Counted from the first letter of the whole stretch, positions 1 through 12,224 are shown. The stretch: DNA of 63,390 nt, filler included, from Octopus bimaculoides (GCF_001194135.2; 5 parts of 4 records of this genome joined end to end with filler, not necessarily neighbours in it), one strand, 5' to 3'. Translations and numbers: made by a program. The notes: a model not told the origin generated them from the sequence alone.

Positions 1-1126
1 GTACCTTGATATGAGAAAACTAACTCGGAGTATATAAATTGCTCTCATTATAGAATGACTATAACCATTAAAACACGCACACACAGACACACACACACAT
101 ATACAGCCACACACACACGCACACACACACGCACACACACACACACAGATGCACACACAAACTATTGTATTCAATTGTGCTTTTAAAATACTTTACTTTA
201 TATTACTATCACTTAATAATAATAGTGTTAAAACGGTTACGTTTCCAACTATAACAGAATGATTCAAACACGCATACACACACAGACATAGTTTTGTACA
301 TTGTGAGAGTCATGCTTTCAATAAAACACGCAGATTCCTTTTAAATTTCAGTTAACTAATGAATTAATTATTAAATTAATCAGATAATTAATTCATGTAT
401 CAAAATCCTTTTGTCAAGTCCAATGAATTTGTCGGTGAGATATCTCTCTTCCTATAACTCCGCGCTGGCATTCTTTCACTCTGTGATCCCTGGTACTCTC
501 TGAAAAAGGTAATTATGAGTATCTCCATACATGGAATTTACATCACATCGTCTATGTTTCTATGTGTGTCTATATATGTGTGTACGAGAGTGTGTGAGTG
601 TGTATGTGTCTGAATCGGTGTGTGTGTGTAATTTTAACGCTGTACTACGTGTGCTACTTGTGTAGATAATCACACACAGCAACATCACTCCAATTGAAAT
701 TACACGTAGGGTACTCACTCCTATACTTGGAGGTTTAACTTTATAATTATTTACCTATTATAAAGTAACTCGATGCAGGGAGTGAGTGAATACTGTTTCA
801 ATGTAAGTGCATGAAAAACTCTTTACGAAGCAAAAGAGTATGGCAAAAAGACTTTGACAAATTAATTGAGAGGATAATTAATTAATTAAGCACTGATAGA
901 GAAGAATTGAAGTACAAAATCTGGGTGTGTTTGCTTAATTACCCGTATAACCTTACCAATGTATGACGATATCTGTTTCAAAATATTCCACATCAAGAAT
1001 CCTGCCAATTGTGTACAGAGCTAATATATACGTGCATACACATACATACATACATACATACATACACACCCACTTATACATACACACATACAGATACACA
1101 CTCACACCCCCACACCCCACACGTGA

Positions 1127-1157
<31 letters not shown>

Positions 1158-1175
1158 TATATACATATATATATT

Positions 1176-1636
1176 CTTTTATTTGTTTCAATCATTTGAC
1201 TATGGCCATGCTGGAGCACCACCTTTAGTCAAACAAATCGACCCCAGTACTTATTGTTTGTAAGCCTAGTATTTATTCTATCGTGTCTTTTGCAGAAACG
1301 CTNNNNNNNNNNNNNNNNNNNNNNNNNNNNNNNNNNNNNNNNNNNNNNNNNNNNNNNNNNNNNNNNNNNNNNNNNNNNNNNNNNNNNNNNNNNNNNNNNN
1401 NNNNNNNNNNNNNNNNNNNNNNNNNNNNNNNNNNNNNNNNNNNNNNNNNNNNNNNNNNNNNNNNNNNNNNNNNNNNNNNNNNNNNNNNNNNNNNNNNNNN
1501 NNNNNNNNNNNNNNNNNNNNNNNNNNNNNNNNNNCGAGGCTATAGTATAAGACTCTTGCCCAAGGTGCCACAGAGTAGGACTAAACCCAGGACCGTGTTG
1601 TTGGTAAGCAAGCTTTCTAACACACAGCCACTCCTG
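1176..1636 (-). mobile_element. tRNA-derived SINE family A (gap-interrupted)
   Basis: Head cacacagccactcc and tail ctccagcatggcc...gactgaaac shared with many copies in the window. Confidence 0.85.
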
Positions 1637-1811
1637 ATGTATATATTTCCGGTTCTTAATGTCCTGAGTTCAAATGTTGCCAAGATAGAGTTTACCTTTC
1701 AGCCTTTCAGGGTTGATGAAATAAGACCAGCTGGGAATTGGAGTCGATGTAATCGACTAACCATCTCCCCCAAAAATTTCAGGCCTTGTGCCTCTAGCAC
1801 AAATGATTATT

Positions 1812-2126
1812 AAACTGGCAATCCGTCGGTTACGACGATGAGCGTTCCAGTTGATCCGATCAACGGAAGAGCCTGCTCGTGAAATTAATGTTAATGGCTG
1901 AGCACTCCACAGACACGCGTACGTTTAACGTAGTTCTCAATGAGATTCCACGTGACATAGAATGTGACAATGTTAGCCCTTTGAATTACAGATACTGCTC
2001 ATTTTTGCCAGCTGAGTGGACTGGAGTAATGTGAAATGAAGTCTCTTGCTGAAGGACATAACGTGCCGCTGCTTTTCGAACTCACAACCTTACGTTCGTG
2101 AACCGAAAACCGTAACCACTAAGCCG
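1812..2126 (-). mobile_element. tRNA-derived SINE family C, tail type 1
   Basis: tRNA-like head plus core ctcatttttgccagctgagtggactggag. A related tail fragment lies at ~5296-5417. Confidence 0.8.
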
Positions 2127-2264
2127 ATAATAATTATGGTAAAGATGAAGGTGATGATATCAATAATGTTGTTTTTGGCTGAAATAAGTTCTTAGATATC
2201 AACACATTTTATAAACTCGACACTGTTAAAAAGAAAAGCATAATCCGCTACACTTACACAGGCA

Positions 2265-2297
<33 letters not shown>

Positions 2298-2342
2298 ACA
2301 GACAGATACACTCTCTCTCACTCTCTCTCTCATTCTCTCTCT

Positions 2343-2383
<41 letters not shown>

Positions 2384-2824
2384 TGAAAGAGAAATATGGT
2401 TGCCAAACAACTGTTCATAAGTCGCTTCGCTGTTTTTGATAATAGTAATTTTTCCATGTCTCTAAACTTAGCTTTTGCAAATAACAAAATTAAGAAAATA
2501 TATATAAAGTAATAAACAAAAATAAGAAAACAAAGATGGTTCTACCTTGTTATGATAGGAAGAATATTTCCATGGAAATTAAGGTGGCGTCAGTTGCATT
2601 TTAATTCCAACAGCAGTGCAATAAAGTCATTAGTTTTAGCTGTCCAGAAATGTTAAGCACGGCCAGCAATGAAGTCGTTAATTATGTAACAGTCAACTAG
2701 AGAATAGAACAGTTGCGGTCATGAAGATAACTAGTTTGCCAAAAGGGAATTTAATAATACATTTTGCTAGTAGCGGAAGAAAAAAATTTCAGTGTTGGGG
2801 GAAACTCTGACATTTAATTTCCAG

Positions 2825-2933
2825 CTCGTCGGCTTTCGTTTGCAAATCAGCCTCTAAATGATGACGGTAACGATAGAGCGAACGGCGACGAAGACCACGC
2901 CTATGATAACGACGACGACGACGACGACGACAG
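2825..2933 (+). CDS. Candidate coding exon, acidic (RRLSFANQPLNDDGNDRANGDEDHAYDNDDDDDDD); could instead read through to TGA at 3058-3060
   Basis: Acceptor catttaatttccAG ending 2824, open frame, donor cAG|GTatag at 2934, locally GC/CpG-richer than flanks. No homology recognised. Confidence 0.35.
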
Positions 2934-3992
2934 GTATAGTGGCGGCGGTGATTATGATGGTGATGATCAAGAAGGAGTAGAGGATCATGATCATGAGGAT
3001 GATGATGATGGTTTTTCTCCGAAATGCTCGTCCTCGCCATATTCTAACAAAGAGGGCTGAAGTCGTTGCTGTTGCCGTTGCTGGTTTAACCGCTGGCCAA
3101 TTTTCATTCGCTTTCCATTTGATGAGGAGCAATAAAGCCATGAACCACCACCCGGTGATATTTGCTTCAATTATCCAATGAATACATTATCCTTTTATTT
3201 GCATGGCCTTTGTTATTTAATCCCAAAACAGCATTGAGCATCCATACGGTCAAAGGTGTTGCAACTGTCACCATCCTCTTGAGTGTGTGTTTTGTGTGTA
3301 TGTGTGTGTGCACGTGTGTGTAGGATGAGTATTGTGCAACTAGATCTTTATCGGCCAACGGCGTCTTCCTTTCTTAAGACAGTAGGATGTAAATTATGGG
3401 AAATTTGGTTCGATTNNNNNNNNNNNNNNNNNNNNNNNNNNNNNNNNNNNNNNNNNNNNNNNNNNNNNNNNNNNNNNNNNNNNNNNNNNNNNNNNNNNNN
3501 NNNNNNNNNNNNNNNNNNNNNNNNNNNNNNNNNNNNNNNNNNNNNNNNNNNNNNNNNNNNNNNNNNNNNNNNNNNNNNNNNNNNNNNNNNNNNNNNNNNN
3601 NNNNNNNNNNNNNNNNNNNNNNNNNNNNNNNNNNNNNNNNNNNNNNNNNNNNNNNNNNNNNNNNNNNNNNNNNNNNNNNNNNNNNNNNNNNNNNNNNNNN
3701 NNNNNNNNNNNNNNNNNNNNNNNNNNNNNNNNNNNNNNNNNNNNNNNNNNNNNNNNNNNNNNNNNNNNNNNNNNNNNNNNNNNNNNNNNNNNNNNNNNNN
3801 NNNNNNNNNNNNNNNNNNNNNNNNNNNNNNNNNNNNNNNNNNNNNNNNNNNNNNNNNNNNNNNNNNNNNNNNNNNNNNNNNNNNNNNNNNNNNNNNNNNN
3901 NNNNNNNNNNNNNNNNNNNNNNNNNNNNNNNNNNNNNNNNNNNNNNNNNNNNNNNNNNNNNNNNNNNNNNNNNNNNNNNNNNNNNNNNNNNN

Positions 3993-4056
<64 letters not shown>

Positions 4057-4114
4057 TATATATATACACACACATACATACTTACATATATGTGTATATT
4101 TTGTACGTTTCAAG

Positions 4115-4172
4115 CTACATCTTCGCGTTAGTATCACGCGTTAGTATTTCGCCTAAAAAGAAGGCCGACGCG
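4115..4172 (+). CDS. Candidate coding exon (YIFALVSRVSISPKKKADA), phase 2 to 0
   Basis: Acceptor ttttgtacgtttcaAG, donor gcg|GTtgag (moderate). Phase bridges the 2933 and 5560 candidates. Confidence 0.25.
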
Positions 4173-4734
4173 GTTGAGCGAGCATGTTTAGTTACAATGA
4201 AGACACTCCTAGTTTAATTTGTCCGGTGGGAGAGTGGACAATAGTCATTTGTATGTAGTCCGGTGACTAAAGCTTAGGTTGTTAGCTGTGTAGGTTCCTC
4301 ATAAGTGACCGAATGAGTTTTGTGTGTGAATAGTTATTTGTGTATGTATTGTGCTAAAGTTTGCTAAGTCTTAGTTTGTACTTTTGTATGAAAGTATTTT
4401 ATTTTTTGTTGCTAGAAAAAGTTATAAACTTAATCACTTATTCATTCTCTACAAACGATTGACAGAAAACATTCAGAGCATTGATTGTTTGGACATTCAA
4501 CCATGTCAGCTTTCACTTACGACGCCAAATATTATCACTTGATTCTAACACACGGACGTAGCGAGAAACCTACAAGAAAGAAACCTACAAAAAACCCAGT
4601 CATGTGACTATCCTCTACCAATCAAATCGTACTCAAAACATATACTAATTTGAGCCATGAACCTCCCTATAAAAATAGGGATAGCTTCAAACACTAGTCA
4701 GAAGCAAAACAGCTGCGACATAAGTCACGTCTTT

Positions 4735-4968
4735 CTATTTCTTTATTGTCCACAGGGGGCTAACCATAGAGAGGGATAAAACAAGGACAGACAAGCGGAT
4801 TAAGTCGATTACATCGACCCCAGTGCATAACTGGTACTTATTTAATCGACCCCGAAAGGGTGAAAGGCAACGTCGACCTCGGCGGAATTTGAACTCAGAA
4901 CGTAACGGCAGACGAAATAACGCTAAGCATTTCGCCCGGCGTGCTAACGATTCTGCCAGTTCGCCGCT
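4735..4968 (-). mobile_element. tRNA-derived SINE family B
   Basis: Head ggcgaactggcagaatcgttagcacgccgggcgaaatgc, B-box gagttcaaattcc, core gtcgac.ttgcctttca.cctttcggggtcgat. Confidence 0.9.
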
Positions 4969-5559
4969 CTAAATCTTAAAATATATTCGTTTCTACTCTT
5001 GGCACAAGGCCTGAAATTTTGGGGGAAGGAGTCAGTTGATTAGATCGACCCCAGTATACAACTGGAATCTTTTCAATTCGACGGCCAGATTTTTAAATTA
5101 ATATTTTTTTAACTAACCACTCTCAAACTTCGGATACTGGCAGAATGTGCCACATAGAACATGGTTTACGTATAACGTTTTTGACAAAAGTTTGTATTTT
5201 AGAAGCTATTTCGTGTTAAAGTTGTCGTATTTGGGTAATTTTAACCTAACAAAAACCCTTCTTTAATAACCAGAGTTGTTTTTATATATAGGAGCATTCT
5301 GTCGGTTACAACGACGAGGGTGCCAGCTGATACGATCAACGGAACAGTTTGCTCGTGAAATTAACTTGGAAGTAGCTGAGCACTGCACAGACAAGTGTGC
5401 CCTTAACGTAGTTCTCAAATGCCAATCCCTTTAAAACGACAACTACTTTAACTGTAGTAGAATCCCCATCCCACTATATCTACACGTTCAAAGATGTCTG
5501 TCAACGATCCTTCTGCAGCAAAACACCTTGATAAGCTAAGTAACTATTACTAAATTCAG

Positions 5560-5628
5560 GCCACGACAGACAGAGAGGATGTTATTGAAGTATCACCTGA
5601 GGAAACACAACTAGATCTCATAATGCAG
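5560..5628 (+). CDS. Candidate coding exon (ATTDREDVIEVSPEETQLDLIMQ), phase 0 to 0
   Basis: Acceptor actaaattcAG, strong donor cag|GTaaat, 69 nt, only one of three frames open. Confidence 0.45.
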
Positions 5629-6021
5629 GTAAATAGTTGCATAATCAAATACCTGTGCACCTGGAGAACTACGTTACGTCGAAACAATTTTAGTGAATAA
5701 AAAATAAATGTCCGACCGTACCATCTCTTCTTGTTGAGTCCAATTTCTTCAATTATGTATATATACTTACATACATACATATATACAATTTACAAATAGG
5801 ATAAAATCTTTATAAGAATTTATCAAGTAGTTAGCGAGAAAAACTTCATAAGGGAAAGATTTATTAATTATTCCATTTAAATATATTATTTAATACATTC
5901 TTATAAAGATTTTATCCTATTTTGAAATTGTAAATTTTACCGGAATATATTCAGTGCTGAATTTTATTCTGAATAAACACGTGTACCGAGATGCAATTCG
6001 AAAAGTCCGCCTCTTTCATAG

Positions 6022-6077
6022 ATACATAAGTGTGAACAATTCTATGTACTATGCTGGATACATGTGCTGTTCGTCTG
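6022..6077 (+). CDS. Candidate coding exon (IHKCEQFYVLCWIHVLFV), phase 0 to 2
   Basis: Acceptor cgcctctttcatAG, strong donor tctg|GTatgt. Phase-compatible with both neighbours. Confidence 0.4.
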
Positions 6078-6406
6078 GTATGTTTATTTCTTGTTCATTT
6101 TTATGTGTCTTGATTATGCTTGCACTGACGATTAAAAAGTGTATTTTGCGCACTAATTATGAAATCATATGATCTGCAGCTAAATCTGTTTTTAAAAGGC
6201 TCGCTTCGAGAGTTGCATTCCCTCACGTTCGGTACGATATGTTTATTATGGTAGTTTTGACTTTAAGAGTCCCTCCTAACGTGAGGCATTTATGTATAGT
6301 AATGCCCTTAATATAAAAAAATACATATATATGNNNNNNNNNNTGTCTCCCTAAGTTCATTCTGCTACAATAATAGCAGCAAGCATGTAATACTTTTATT
6401 TTCTAG

Positions 6407-6491
6407 TTCTGATGGAATATTAGCTAAAAAGTTACAATGGAGTATCTTGTATGTTGGAAACCTATATGGTTTTATGCATCCGAAGAAGGCG
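6407..6491 (+). CDS. Candidate coding exon (SDGILAKKLQWSILYVGNLYGFMHPKKA), phase 2 to 0
   Basis: Strong acceptor tacttttattttctAG, donor gcg|GTgaat. Only the phase-2 frame is open. Confidence 0.45.
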
Positions 6492-7891
6492 GTGAATTTC
6501 AAATTGATGTAACGTTTGCATTGTTCGATTAAATGGAGCCGCCTGAAACGGCCGTAATGCACTAATACCTTGACCTCCTTGATACTTATTTGCTATACAT
6601 ATATGTATGTATATATAAACAGACATATATTGTCGTGATATAGGTAAAGTAAGGAAGTTGAGGTTGGACTAGTACTGTTGTGTGTGTCAATTTTGACTCT
6701 AAGATTAGTTCTACTAAAAATTGTTTTATCTTTTGATAAATTTTACCTTTCATGGTTTGAGAAAAGGCACTGTAAAAGCGGATAAAGCCAACAATAGATA
6801 TAACTTTCAGTATTAATAAATCTCCTTCACATTTCGGATGAAGATTATGATTTTCTTTTAGACTTGATATTTAATTGAAGGATTATTATTTTACAAAAAC
6901 GACTGGGTATCATTTACATCGGAATATGCTTTTCAGCTTTATGGAGACACGCGTCCGAATTTTTTTATGTCCATAATACAGTTTGGAATACTTATTCTAT
7001 TTTTAGAGCGAGCTAACTGAATTTTACTGGAAGATGACATTCGTTCAATTTAATTCTCCAATACTGTGATTGGCAAATATCTTGGATAAAATTGCCTGGA
7101 ATAATAAATTTCAATTTATCATGATAAAAGATATGTTCAAGGATATTTCAAACTTTTTATATTTCATAGTTAAATATCGTCGAAACATTCTGATTACAGT
7201 GGCCTACTGACGGCAAAATAATCCTTTCTTAGTGACACCTCAAATGTACTGTATAAATGTATTATATAACATTTATTTCCAAGGTCGATCTCCACTGTGT
7301 AATCAACACAAGATTGATGAGATCCGAAATTGTGTATCGCTGTCCACATAAAATTTATTGAAGCCCCCGGCGAGTATAATAACGAATTCCCACTAAAAAT
7401 TACTTCCCGATATGAATGGATGTCAATTTCCTAAGATATGTAATCAAAACAAAACTAACCAAAGGGAAATGGAATGTATTGAGTACCGTTGTCCCACCAG
7501 AAAAAAATCTTAATTTGCAATTTTCCTCTTATGTGGAGAAAGTATAAAAATAAACAGAAACTTAACATAATTCAATAGCAACTCTTAAAGAATCTTTGAG
7601 ATAATTTTAATAAATCAAGAATTAAATTTGAAATATAATCATTCTCTTGTTCAAAGAAAAACCTGATATTTGATATCTGGACATTACTATTAATCATCGT
7701 TCTAAGATTCGCATGTCACACTTGAAACTTGAATCGAGTTTCTCAATATAAACGAAACGTCCTTCTCTGATTTCTTGTTTTGTTGTACTTTCGAAGCATT
7801 GTTATATCGCTGTGACTGTCGTTTGGCTGTTTATTTGGGATTTAATTGACTAAGTAGAAATAAAGTACTATTACCATATTACAAACTTGTT

Positions 7892-8312
7892 AAGACGGCG
7901 AGCTGGCAGAAACGTTAGCACGCCGGGCGAAATGCTTAGCAGTATTTCGTCTGCCGCTACGTTCTGAGTTCAAATTCCGCCGAGGTCGACTTTGCCTTTC
8001 GGGTCGATAAATCAAGTACCAGTCACGCACTGGGGTCGATGTAATCGACTTAATCCGTTTGTCTGCCCTTGTTTGTCCTCTCTATGTTTAGCCCCTTGTG
8101 GGCAATAAATAAGAAACGTTAGCACGCCGGGCGAAATGCTTAGCGGTATTTCGTCTGCCGCTACGTTCTGAATCCAAATTCTGCCGAGGTCGACTCTGCC
8201 TTTCACTATTTCGTGGTCGATAAATTAAGTACCAGTTGTCTACTGTGGTCGACCAAATGGACTGGTCCCTTCCCCCAAAATTTCGGGTCTTGTGCCTAGA
8301 GGAGAAAAGAAT
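7892..8312 (+). mobile_element. SINE family B, head-to-tail dimer
   Basis: Full copy 7892-8112 followed directly by a 5'-clipped copy with a different tail. Confidence 0.9.
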
Positions 8313-8351
8313 ATTACAAACTTGTTACCAGTTCAAATATGTTATTGTTGT

Positions 8352-8666
8352 TGTTTGATCCTTCTCGAGGCATGTCTGGCTCATAAGGGCCGGTTTTCCG
8401 GTTTCATTGGCGTATAGGTTCCCCACCTGGACGGGTATAGTTTCACCACGCTGGTCCGTCGCAGGTGAGCTGCTAGATGTAGGAGGAAAGAGTGAGAGAA
8501 AGTTGTGGCGAAAGAGTCAGCAGACATTCGCCATTACCTTCTGTCGGAGCCGCGTGGAGCTCATGTGTTTCGCTCATAAACACACTCATAACCCACTCTG
8601 AGATTCGAATCTGCGATCCCTCGACCGCAAGTCCGCTGCTCTAACCATTAGGCCATGTGACTCCAC
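8352..8666 (-). mobile_element. tRNA-derived SINE with a distinct body and tail type 2
   Basis: Minus head tggcctaatggttagagcagcggacttgcggtcgagggatcgcagattcgaatctc; tail shared with 42031-42110. Confidence 0.8.
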
Positions 8667-8841
8667 AGTTCAAGCACGCATATTCAAACCCGGAAGAAAG
8701 CCATTCGCTGCATTTTTTCATGACAAAATACAGTGAATAGATTTCCTACGGGTTCGAAAATGCCCAAGGCATTTTTTTCAACTGGCAATAAGTTTGTATT
8801 TACACACATCACTACTTAGTGCTGTTACCCTGTATTTCAAG

Positions 8842-8877
8842 GATATTGTTGCTACCACACAGACAGCGTCTATTATT
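8842..8877 (+). CDS. Candidate short coding exon (DIVATTQTASII), phase 0 to 0
   Basis: Acceptor ccctgtatttcaAG, consensus donor GTAAGT at 8878, 36 nt. Confidence 0.35.
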
Positions 8878-9111
8878 GTAAGTGAAGAATGAGTTCCGGA
8901 AAACTTAGTGGCTGGGTTTTCTATTCCTGTTGGCAGTCAATTCATTTCAGTTCAGTGTTCTGTCAAATTTATAACTGCAAAGTGCCTTTTCGGTTATCTA
9001 TGTTAACTTAATTTGGGAAGTAAAAGTGACGGATTTGATATATTTAAAAAGCGACGGAATCAACGGATTGAATGACTAATTATTAATGACTGCTATAATG
9101 ATAAGAATTCT

Positions 9112-9315
9112 TTTTAATTTTGGCACAAGGCCAGCAACTTTTAAGGGAGAGAGTGAATTGATTACATCGACACCAGTAATTAACTGGTACTTTATTTTAT
9201 CAGCCCCCCAAAGGATGAAAAAGCAAAGTTGAAATTTGAGCGTAGAAGTAAAGAGTCGGAAGAAATGCGACGAATCATCCTTGTTCGTCGCACTAAAGAT
9301 TCTGCCAACTCGTTG
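9112..9315 (-). mobile_element. SINE family B, diverged
   Basis: Family core and tail are recognisable. Confidence 0.7.
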
Positions 9316-9510
9316 ACTAATGAGGATAATGATGGAAATTTATATAACGATGATAAAAATGATATACATTTTGTGTCTTGGCGATTTTATTCCATAGTTA
9401 AAATTACATCATTAAATTTAACATGCCTGAATGATTGGGTGCATGTACAATTAATTCAAATATAATTTGCTCCAATATGGTTGATTCGTTAATATATATA
9501 CAACTTATTT

Positions 9511-9700
9511 AAGGCGGTAAACCGGCAGAATAGTTAGCACGCCGGACAAAATTTAATCCATCTTAACGTTTCAAGTTAAAATTCTGCCGAGGTTGACTTT
9601 GCCTTTCGTCCTTCGTGGGTTCGAGAAAATAAGTATCAATTGAGCACTGTGGTCGATGTAATTGACTTACCCTTTCCCTGATATCGCTGGCATTTTCCAA
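9511..9700 (+). mobile_element. SINE family B, diverged
   Basis: aaggcggtaaaccggcagaatagttagcacgccgg...ttgactttgcctttc. Confidence 0.8.
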
Positions 9701-9797
9701 AAAATTTGAAACGAATATGCACAACTTATCTGTTATACTCAGCTTATCTTATATGTGACTATTTAGTTCATTCCTCATTCAATATTATTGCCTGTGT

Positions 9798-10010
9798 AAG
9801 GCGGCGAGCTGAAAGAAACGTTAGCACGCCGGGCGAAATACTTAATGGTCTGTCTTTAAGTTCTGAGTTCAAATTCCGCCTAGGTCGACTTTGCCTTTCA
9901 TCCTTTCGGGATCGATAAATTAAATACCAGTTGCATACTGGTATCGATATAATCGACTAGCCCCTCTCCCCCAAAATTTCGGGCCACGTGCCTAGAGTAG
10001 TAAAGAATAT
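9798..10010 (+). mobile_element. SINE family B
   Basis: Close match to the family consensus. Confidence 0.9.
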
Positions 10011-10403
10011 TATTGCTTGTGTTATACTCATATATTCAATGTAGAATTTCCTAATTGGGTTAAAACAACTTATCAGAACTCATTTCATTTAATTCATTGT
10101 TTACTTGAGTCAAACAACCAACTAGTTAAAACTTCTACTAAATTGTTTTTAAAAAAAAACAATTAACCGATTATTCATCTGTTTAATAATTTGTCTGGAC
10201 ATTCGGCCTAATGAGTTTTCACTTCATTATACATCTTTCTCTGAGAAATATAATTTACTTTTCACTTTATGTATTTCATTATATTTCAACTGAGCAAATT
10301 TGATTTACTGAATGTACATTTTGCATGCTTATATAATTCCTCAACAACTGAGTAATTGTTAGGATAGTTTTCTATTCATTGATCATTGTATTATCTAAAA
10401 CCT

Positions 10404-10503
10404 NNNNNNNNNNNNNNNNNNNNNNNNNNNNNNNNNNNNNNNNNNNNTTAATTAATTAANNNNNNNNNNNNNNNNNNNNNNNNNNNNNNNNNNNNNNNNN
10501 NNN
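10404..10503. other. Artificial scaffold spacer (44 N + TTAATTAATTAA + 44 N); linker also at 32488, 39055 and 60680
   Basis: The identical 12-mer, which gives stops in all six frames, is centred in N runs four times. Confidence 0.9.
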
Positions 10504-10902
10504 TATATATGTATGTATGTATGTATATGTGTGTGCATCGTTTTTTGGAGAACTTAAAAACGGAGAACAAGAACACTCTAAGAAGTAGAACAGTCTATAT
10601 CTATTACAGGTGAAGGCCGGTTTACAGGTAAAATTATCGTGGGTTTCTTGCCATAATGAGTATCTTTATGGCGTATCATCAGACCCTAAGACTTATTGGC
10701 CTATTGCCTCTTTAAAGTATGGAGGAGGAAAACGAACCAGATATAAACAATGGGGGTTATCTCACTCTTCTGATAATCATCGACTTCCGGGTTTGTCGTT
10801 CTCTTTCAGCTACGCCACTACCGGCTTCGAGGGTAGAAGGTAGGGGGTAATTTCCCAATTTAATCAGCAATCAATTCCCAACCGTGGTCTTTATAATCCG
10901 TC

Positions 10903-10950
<48 letters not shown>

Positions 10951-11761
10951 NNNNNNNNNNNNNNNNNNNNNNNNNNNNNNNNNNNNNNNNNNNNNNNNNN
11001 NNNNNNNNNNNNNNNNNNNNNNNNNNNNNNNNNNNNNNNNNNNNNNNNNNNNNNNNNNNNNNNNNNNNNNNNNNNNNNNNNNNNNNNNNNNNNNNNNNNN
11101 NNNNNNNNNNNNNNNNNNNNNNNNNNNNNNNNNNNNNNNNNNNNNNNNNNNNNNNNNNNNNNNNNNNNNNNNNNNNNNNNNNNNNNNNNNNNNNNNNNNN
11201 NNNNNNNNNNNNNNNNNNNNNNNNNNNNNNNNNNNNNNNNNNNNNNNNNNNNNNNNNNNNNNNNNNNNNNNNNNNNNNNNNNNNNNNNNNNNNNNNNNNN
11301 NNNNNNNNNNNNNNNNNNNNNNNNNNNNNNNNNNNNNNNNNNNNNNNNATATATATATACACGCACACAGCACATGTAATCTCTCTTACTGGACATTGGT
11401 CTTACATAACCATTCCGGAATTAGCTGCTTCATGCTTGCATGCTTGTGATAGAAGCCTCATCACAATCTCTAAAGATATGACCTTGCAATATAATAGAAC
11501 TAACACCTACAGAGAATTAAACAAGGATAATCTGTGGTTTTCGACTCGCGTAGTCTCTCAATATGTCTATCCATAGTTCTTAAAGTCAGAATAATAGCTT
11601 TTCATTGTAATACTCACAGATATTAATGCTTCAAGGTTTTTTTTTTTTTTTTTTTTTTGGAGGGGTGGTCTGAATTTAACAGGACGTTGCCTTCATGTAC
11701 GCTATCGCCAGAAGCAATATGACTTGCCCAATCTTTGGTAGTGATGGCTGCTATTGCAGTT

Positions 11762-11840
<79 letters not shown>

Positions 11841-12224
11841 CTATTTGTCGATAGAAAACCTATTATATTACTGGCGCCGTGAAACCATATTTAAATCTCG
11901 TATAAAAATGTTAACAAGACAACTGAAATTTTTATAAAATAGATTTCAGGTCTTAGACGCTAGTTATTAGGAAAAGAAAAACGGTGACTGTTGAATTGTT
12001 AATATGTTTAAAGAAACAGAAATCATAGTGAAACAACGAAAAAATCTCTCATATTAGATGTTATGAATGCATGCACATATATATTATATATGGATGTATG
12101 TATTCACCCTGCTTGAATGTTTGGGTGCTTTAAGTAGAACCCACCCCGTTAAAAGCATTATGACTAGGTCGCCAGTTTGAGAATTCCCTCTCTCCTCTCT
12201 CTCCCACTAGCTGCATAGAACCGA

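Noticed and set aside
7892-10010. Repeated similar segments that could be mistaken for a CRISPR-like array
   Set aside because: Irregular spacing, both orientations and tRNA-type A/B boxes identify dispersed SINEs; no cas genes are present.
11683-11737. Possible exon DVAFMYAIARSNMTCPIF continuing the upstream chain
   Set aside because: Weak donor (GTAGTG), two frames open, and it lies beyond a scaffold spacer, so linkage is unsupported.
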